From: Paenibacillaceae bacterium
Lineage (GTDB): Bacteria; Bacillota; Bacilli; Paenibacillales; UBA4045
Direction of reading: 5' to 3'
Assembly (NCBI GenBank): GCA_040880185.1
Contig: JBBDIY010000083.1
Location: 1,961 to 65,960, forward strand
Length of the DNA: 64,000 nucleotides
This document shows positions 59,730-64,000 of this stretch, piece after piece; position 1 is the stretch's first letter; every line of letters begins with the position of its first letter. The notes below the pieces were generated by a model, which ran no database searches, had not been told where the DNA came from, and saw only the letters and a list, made by a program, of their open reading frames with translations. The translations under genes were made by a program, and so were the position numbers.

Positions 59730-59776
59730 TCGATACATAAGCATATTAAAACAAATACTTTGAGGAGGAACACAGG

Positions 59777-60454
59777 ATGGGATTTTTCAAGAGAATTTTT
59801 AGAATCGGTCAAGCGAACGTGAATGCGGCATTGGATCAGATGGAAGAGCCAGTGAAGATGATTGAGCAGATTCTAAGGGAATTAGAGGATGATCTAGCCA
59901 AGGTGACTGCTGCCGTTACGACACAGATGGCCGTCGAGAAACGTTTCGAGCGTGAGTTGAAGGAAGCAGTTGAGACCGTTGAGAAGCGAGATCAACAAGC
60001 GCGCAAGGCCATGGAGAAGGGCGAGGAAGATCTAGCCCGCGAAGCACTACTAGATAAGAAGAGATATACGGAGAAAAGAGATACGTTGCAAAGCAATTAC
60101 GATATTGCCAAGACCAATTCGGATAAACTTCGGAAGCAGCTACAGAACATGCGAGACAAGGTAGAGGAAATGAAAGCACAGAAAGGTACGCTAGTCGCAC
60201 AAGCACAAGCCGCTAGAGCTACTCAGAAAATTAATCAAACAATGAGTAGTGTCGGAGGTAATAATGCAGGTGCAAACTTCGCCCGTATGGAAGAGAAGAT
60301 CCAACAGATGCATGATGAAGCTAACGCAGCTCAAGAGTTAGCTGACGATGGAAAGTCATTGGATGATAAGTTTAACGATATGCTCAAAGAATCTGAACAC
60401 CAAGATGTTAATGATGAATTAGCCGCATTGAGGGCTGAAGTGAAGAAGGAATAA
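59777..60454 (+). CDS. pspA: PspA/IM30 family phage shock protein
   Basis: MGFFKRI..N..LD..E.P, G.EDLAREAL, F.RMEEKI, ELAAL. Confidence 0.92.
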   Translation: MGFFKRIFRIGQANVNAALDQMEEPVKMIEQILRELEDDLAKVTAAVTTQMAVEKRFERELKEAVETVEKRDQQARKAMEKGEEDLAREALLDKKRYTEKRDTLQSNYDIAKTNSDKLRKQLQNMRDKVEEMKAQKGTLVAQAQAARATQKINQTMSSVGGNNAGANFARMEEKIQQMHDEANAAQELADDGKSLDDKFNDMLKESEHQDVNDELAALRAEVKKE

Positions 60455-60462
60455 CCAATTAT

Positions 60463-60506
60463 CAAGAAGAGACCATTCAGTGAACGATCTGAATGGTCTC
60501 TTCTTG
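60463..60506. terminator. Terminator hairpin between convergent genes
   Basis: 18-bp perfect arms caagaagagaccattcag/ctgaatggtctcttcttg. Confidence 0.85.
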
Positions 60507-60594
60507 TGTTTGGTCAAATATTAGGAAAGTTGGAAGTGAGCAACCAGACAGCGACTAGAGTGGAACTTCCAGCATGTACTCCTAACTAGCTAAC

Positions 60595-62907
60595 TCACCA
60601 CTTCGAGCCGCCACCTCTGCTTTTTCCTCCGCCGCCCCATGAGGATCCTCCACCACTACTCTTGCCCGAGGAGCCCCAAGAAGAGCCGCCACCTCGTGAG
60701 CCACCTGATTTCCAGCCTGATCCGCCACCGCTAGAGCCTGATCCACCGCCACCACCAAATCCGCCGAATCCACCACCACTACCGCCGCCACCGAAGGTAT
60801 TATTCCTGCGACGTCTGGCTCTCTCTTGTTCCAAGGTAATTTCGGCTGCTCTCTTCGCTTCAATGGCAGCGTACACGGCTTCTTCCATCTGCTCTATGAC
60901 CAGAGATTCAGTCTGAATATCTACAGCAAGCTTCGTTAGATTACGGGGTATATCCGTTATTAGTCGGTTCATCACAGCGACCGATTGCTCTGCGCTACTT
61001 ACTAGCCCAAGTATCCGTGCATCCGTTTGAATGCCACTCTCCACCATGCTAGTTCGACATGCTGAATACTTCTGTTCCACTAACCTCATAGCTTGAACCT
61101 GCTGCTCATAAGCTTGATCGAGTTCAGTCTTCAACTTAGTGATGTGCTGGGAGATTGTATCCATCTCCACAAGCTGCTCCATCATCTGCTTTAGATTCCG
61201 TTCTGCCTCATAATAACGCTGAGCCTCAAGCTTGTTGTAGCTTATAACATCCCGCAATAATTGATTCATTGAGCCACGTATTGACCTGATCTGTACAAGT
61301 TGTTCCGGAATATGACTCCAATGCTCAGGGTGATATTCCTGCTTGATTACCTGAAGCATCTGCTCCAATTGTGCTAAATATCCATCCTCATATTGAGACA
61401 GTCGTTCATCTACGACCTCGATCGCACTCACATTCCAATCTCTTGCGCGAACCGATCCGGCGATTTGTTCCACTGCGTCATCCATCCAGCTCTGAATCCG
61501 TTGCAAGATGATTGTGGCGTCATTCGTATTCCCCGATTGAATATGTTGTAATAATTCCTTCAACTGCCCATCAACCTGATCGAAGAAAGCATATGGCTTG
61601 ATTTCCACCAATGTCAGCTTTTCTTCGTTAATCAGTTGATCCAGTTTTTTTTTGGTTGACTGTAATTGTTCGGGTAGCTGCTGAAGAGCAGACTTCTGTT
61701 TGCTAACAAGTTCTATATCCATGGAGAGCTTGGTTAACTCCTCGGGAGTGTGCTCAAGCAAATCTTTCACATGCATCGGATCAAATTCAATGGAATCACT
61801 ACTGCGCACTAGAACACCTTCAATCGCAGCACTCCTGCTCATCAATTCCTCTAGAGGATAACCAAGCGCTTCAACCTGCCCTCTTAATTGCTGATCGGCT
61901 TGATTCCAAGCATTCTTAGATTGCTCCAACACTTTAGTCGTATGAGATTCCATCTCTTGATACTCGTTCAGACTACTCAGGATTTCAGTGGATGACGCTG
62001 TAAATGCTTGTGTTTGTTGTTGAAGGGTTTGAAAGCCCCTGGTCGTTGAATTCGTCACCCACATCGGCACGACGAAAGCTTCGAGCTGATTGCTAAATTC
62101 CGTTGAAGACTGTAATAGCTCATAGAATCGATCCTTGATAGCTCGTAAATAGGTTTCGGACTCACCTTTAGAAAATTGAACCATAGGTTCGACTTCCTGC
62201 TCGATCTGATTGATCTTGCCAAGCGCAACTTCCAGCTCTTTCTTTAATATTTTCTTACCCTTTACGATGCTCGATCTCCGATACCATTGGAAGCAAGCAA
62301 CAGCAACAATAATGATCAGAAGTAGAACAACGAACACCAATGTCGAGGAAACGTTGCTCGTCTTTGTCTTCGTAATAACCGTAGATGGGTTTGTTGTTGG
62401 TGTCTTAAGTTGAGCCTTAAATACATCTAACTGTTCAATAACGGATATAATACCCTCTTGGAAATTACCCTCTGCAGCATATGGGACAAAATATTCGTCT
62501 ATAAATTGTGTGTATGTATTGGACGATCCGCGAAACTCTGGTGCCTGTCTAATTGACTTATCTAATAAGCTGTTCGTTGGTACCTCCAAATGAACTTCAC
62601 GCTCTTCCATGGAGATAACTAACAATGCATCCTGACTGCTCAAAGACCAGCTGGAGAATACAGATGAAGCCATAGAAGAGATTGAGCTCCCTTCCAAACT
62701 ATCGACCGTATATAAATAAAGATTGAAAGTAGCATCATCTATAGCTTGTTCTACGTCTGCGAATTCCGAAGCAGACAGAATCTGCGCCGTATCTTGGATG
62801 TATCCTTCCTTTGCTGGGATGTTTGCGGCAAGTGCTGCTGCTGGCATTAAACAGAGCACTAAGATCAAGAGTCCGATCAACGGTTTAATTGTAAGATTAC
62901 GATTCAT
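60595..62907 (-). CDS. TPM-domain membrane protein with long EzrA-like coiled coil and Gly/Ser-rich tail
   Basis: Signal peptide, I.D.A.ILS and LLVISM..R TPM motifs, one TM, heptads, GGGSSWGGG..GGGSKW end. Confidence 0.78.
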   Translation of the reverse strand: MNRNLTIKPLIGLLILVLCLMPAAALAANIPAKEGYIQDTAQILSASEFADVEQAIDDATFNLYLYTVDSLEGSSISSMASSVFSSWSLSSQDALLVISMEEREVHLEVPTNSLLDKSIRQAPEFRGSSNTYTQFIDEYFVPYAAEGNFQEGIISVIEQLDVFKAQLKTPTTNPSTVITKTKTSNVSSTLVFVVLLLIIIVAVACFQWYRRSSIVKGKKILKKELEVALGKINQIEQEVEPMVQFSKGESETYLRAIKDRFYELLQSSTEFSNQLEAFVVPMWVTNSTTRGFQTLQQQTQAFTASSTEILSSLNEYQEMESHTTKVLEQSKNAWNQADQQLRGQVEALGYPLEELMSRSAAIEGVLVRSSDSIEFDPMHVKDLLEHTPEELTKLSMDIELVSKQKSALQQLPEQLQSTKKKLDQLINEEKLTLVEIKPYAFFDQVDGQLKELLQHIQSGNTNDATIILQRIQSWMDDAVEQIAGSVRARDWNVSAIEVVDERLSQYEDGYLAQLEQMLQVIKQEYHPEHWSHIPEQLVQIRSIRGSMNQLLRDVISYNKLEAQRYYEAERNLKQMMEQLVEMDTISQHITKLKTELDQAYEQQVQAMRLVEQKYSACRTSMVESGIQTDARILGLVSSAEQSVAVMNRLITDIPRNLTKLAVDIQTESLVIEQMEEAVYAAIEAKRAAEITLEQERARRRRNNTFGGGGSGGGFGGFGGGGGSGSSGGGSGWKSGGSRGGGSSWGSSGKSSGGGSSWGGGGKSRGGGSKW

Positions 62908-63088
62908 TCTTTTGTCCCCTTAACATGATTAATATACATACACAAACTATAGTTCCATTATAAACGAAAGTCATCCATTTACCTATCGCTATAACTGGTA
63001 TTCAAACCCATTTCAATTTACTAGCTGCGGAGAATAATCTTGAGCATATTGTGCTATAATGCAAATATTAACCACATAGGAGGCTCTT

Positions 63089-64000
63089 ATGGATACACAC
63101 AACAATCATTTAAATAAATACGCAGCGCTTGCCGTTGAGGTAGGCGTTAACATACAACCGGGTCAAACACTTGTCGTGACAGCCCCCCTGCTTGCTGCCC
63201 CTTTCGTTAGAATAGTCGTAAGACGAGCTTATGAAATTGGAGCCAAGCATGTACATGTGGAATGGAATGACGATGAAATCATTCGGACCAAATACGAGCT
63301 TGCACCTAGCGAAGCATTCTTGGAATATCCGATGTGGAGAGCCAAGGGATGGGAAGAGATGGCCGCTAACAACGCAGCCTTCTTGTCGATCATAGCTGCT
63401 AATCCCGATTTATTGAAGGGGATTGAACCTCAGCGCATCAAGGACGCGAATATCGCCTCGAGCACAGCATTACAGCCATTCCGTAATTATGCGATGTCTG
63501 ACCAGATCAGCTGGTCTGTTATTGCGGTCCCCTCACAGGCTTGGGCGGACAAAGTATTCCCGGAGGTCAATGAAGATGACCGAATTAACACATTGTGGGA
63601 TGCCATCTTCCGAGCGACACGGGTCGATCTTGAGAACCCTGTTGAAGCATGGAGACAGCATTCAGATATCTTAGATATTAAAGCCACTCGATTAAACGAG
63701 CGCAAATATAAAGCACTGCACTACACAGCACCCGGCACAAATCTCACCATTGAACTACCTAAGTCACATCTATGGGTTAGTGCGGCTAGTCATAATGCAG
63801 CGGGTACAATTTTCATGGCTAATATGCCAACGGAAGAAGTGTTCACTGCACCACTGAAGACAGGTGCGAATGGTACGGTTACTAGCACCAAGCCACTCAG
63901 CTATGCTGGAAATCTGATTGAGAACTTCACGCTCACCTTCGAGAATGGTCGCATCGTTGATTATTCCGCAGAGCATGGTTACGAAACATTGAAGGGATTA
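63089..64000 (+). CDS. ampS: Aminopeptidase, M29 (AmpS/PepS) family, truncated by window end
   Basis: YA.LAV.VGVNIQPGQ, AY..GA, ANMPTEEVFTAP, GTV.STKPL.Y.G; RBS aggagg; absent from ORF track (no stop in window). Confidence 0.9.
   Translation, partial: MDTHNNHLNKYAALAVEVGVNIQPGQTLVVTAPLLAAPFVRIVVRRAYEIGAKHVHVEWNDDEIIRTKYELAPSEAFLEYPMWRAKGWEEMAANNAAFLSIIAANPDLLKGIEPQRIKDANIASSTALQPFRNYAMSDQISWSVIAVPSQAWADKVFPEVNEDDRINTLWDAIFRATRVDLENPVEAWRQHSDILDIKATRLNERKYKALHYTAPGTNLTIELPKSHLWVSAASHNAAGTIFMANMPTEEVFTAPLKTGANGTVTSTKPLSYAGNLIENFTLTFENGRIVDYSAEHGYETLKGL

Noticed and set aside
60582-60916. Pro-rich and Ala/Val-rich ORFs
   Set aside because: Shadow frames of the Gly/Ser-rich tail of the TPM protein
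1-64000. Prophage, IS, integron, rRNA or tRNA; the many 60-190 aa ORFs nested in or antisense to long genes
   Set aside because: No integrase, transposase, phage structural or stable-RNA signatures recognised; nested ORFs lack RBS and motifs and are explained as shadows

Overview
Chromosomal segment of a spore-forming Bacillota genome; gene content (SLH and copper-amine-oxidase-N proteins, YesM/YesN-type regulators, YtvI, YheC/D) points to Paenibacillaceae, which is an inference. Most of it is housekeeping, transport, sporulation and envelope genes; I saw no rRNA, tRNA, CRISPR-Cas, integrase or transposase. Highlights: (1) an AT-rich type III toxin-antitoxin locus (17258-18042) with a promoter, an A-B-A array of 54-57 nt pseudoknot repeats with compensatory covariation, a terminator, and a TenpN-like toxin carrying two mutually compensating frameshifts; (2) intergenic arrays of 23-bp inverted repeats spaced close to whole helical turns (51-52, 62, 72-73 bp); (3) a MarR / PQQ-dehydrogenase lipoprotein / CuA-type cupredoxin module with three copies of a candidate operator; (4) a cobalamin-riboswitch-controlled ECF operon with a transcobalamin-like S-layer protein; (5) two families of dispersed 60-70 bp 5'-UTR modules that supply ribosome-binding sites; (6) a DUF559/Vsr-like nuclease-wHTH gene behind a short terminated leader RNA; (7) two small ORFs missed by the ORF track (a DnaJ-type zinc-finger miniprotein and an internally deleted DJ-1/PfpI). 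All family calls are from motif recognition by eye, not database searches.
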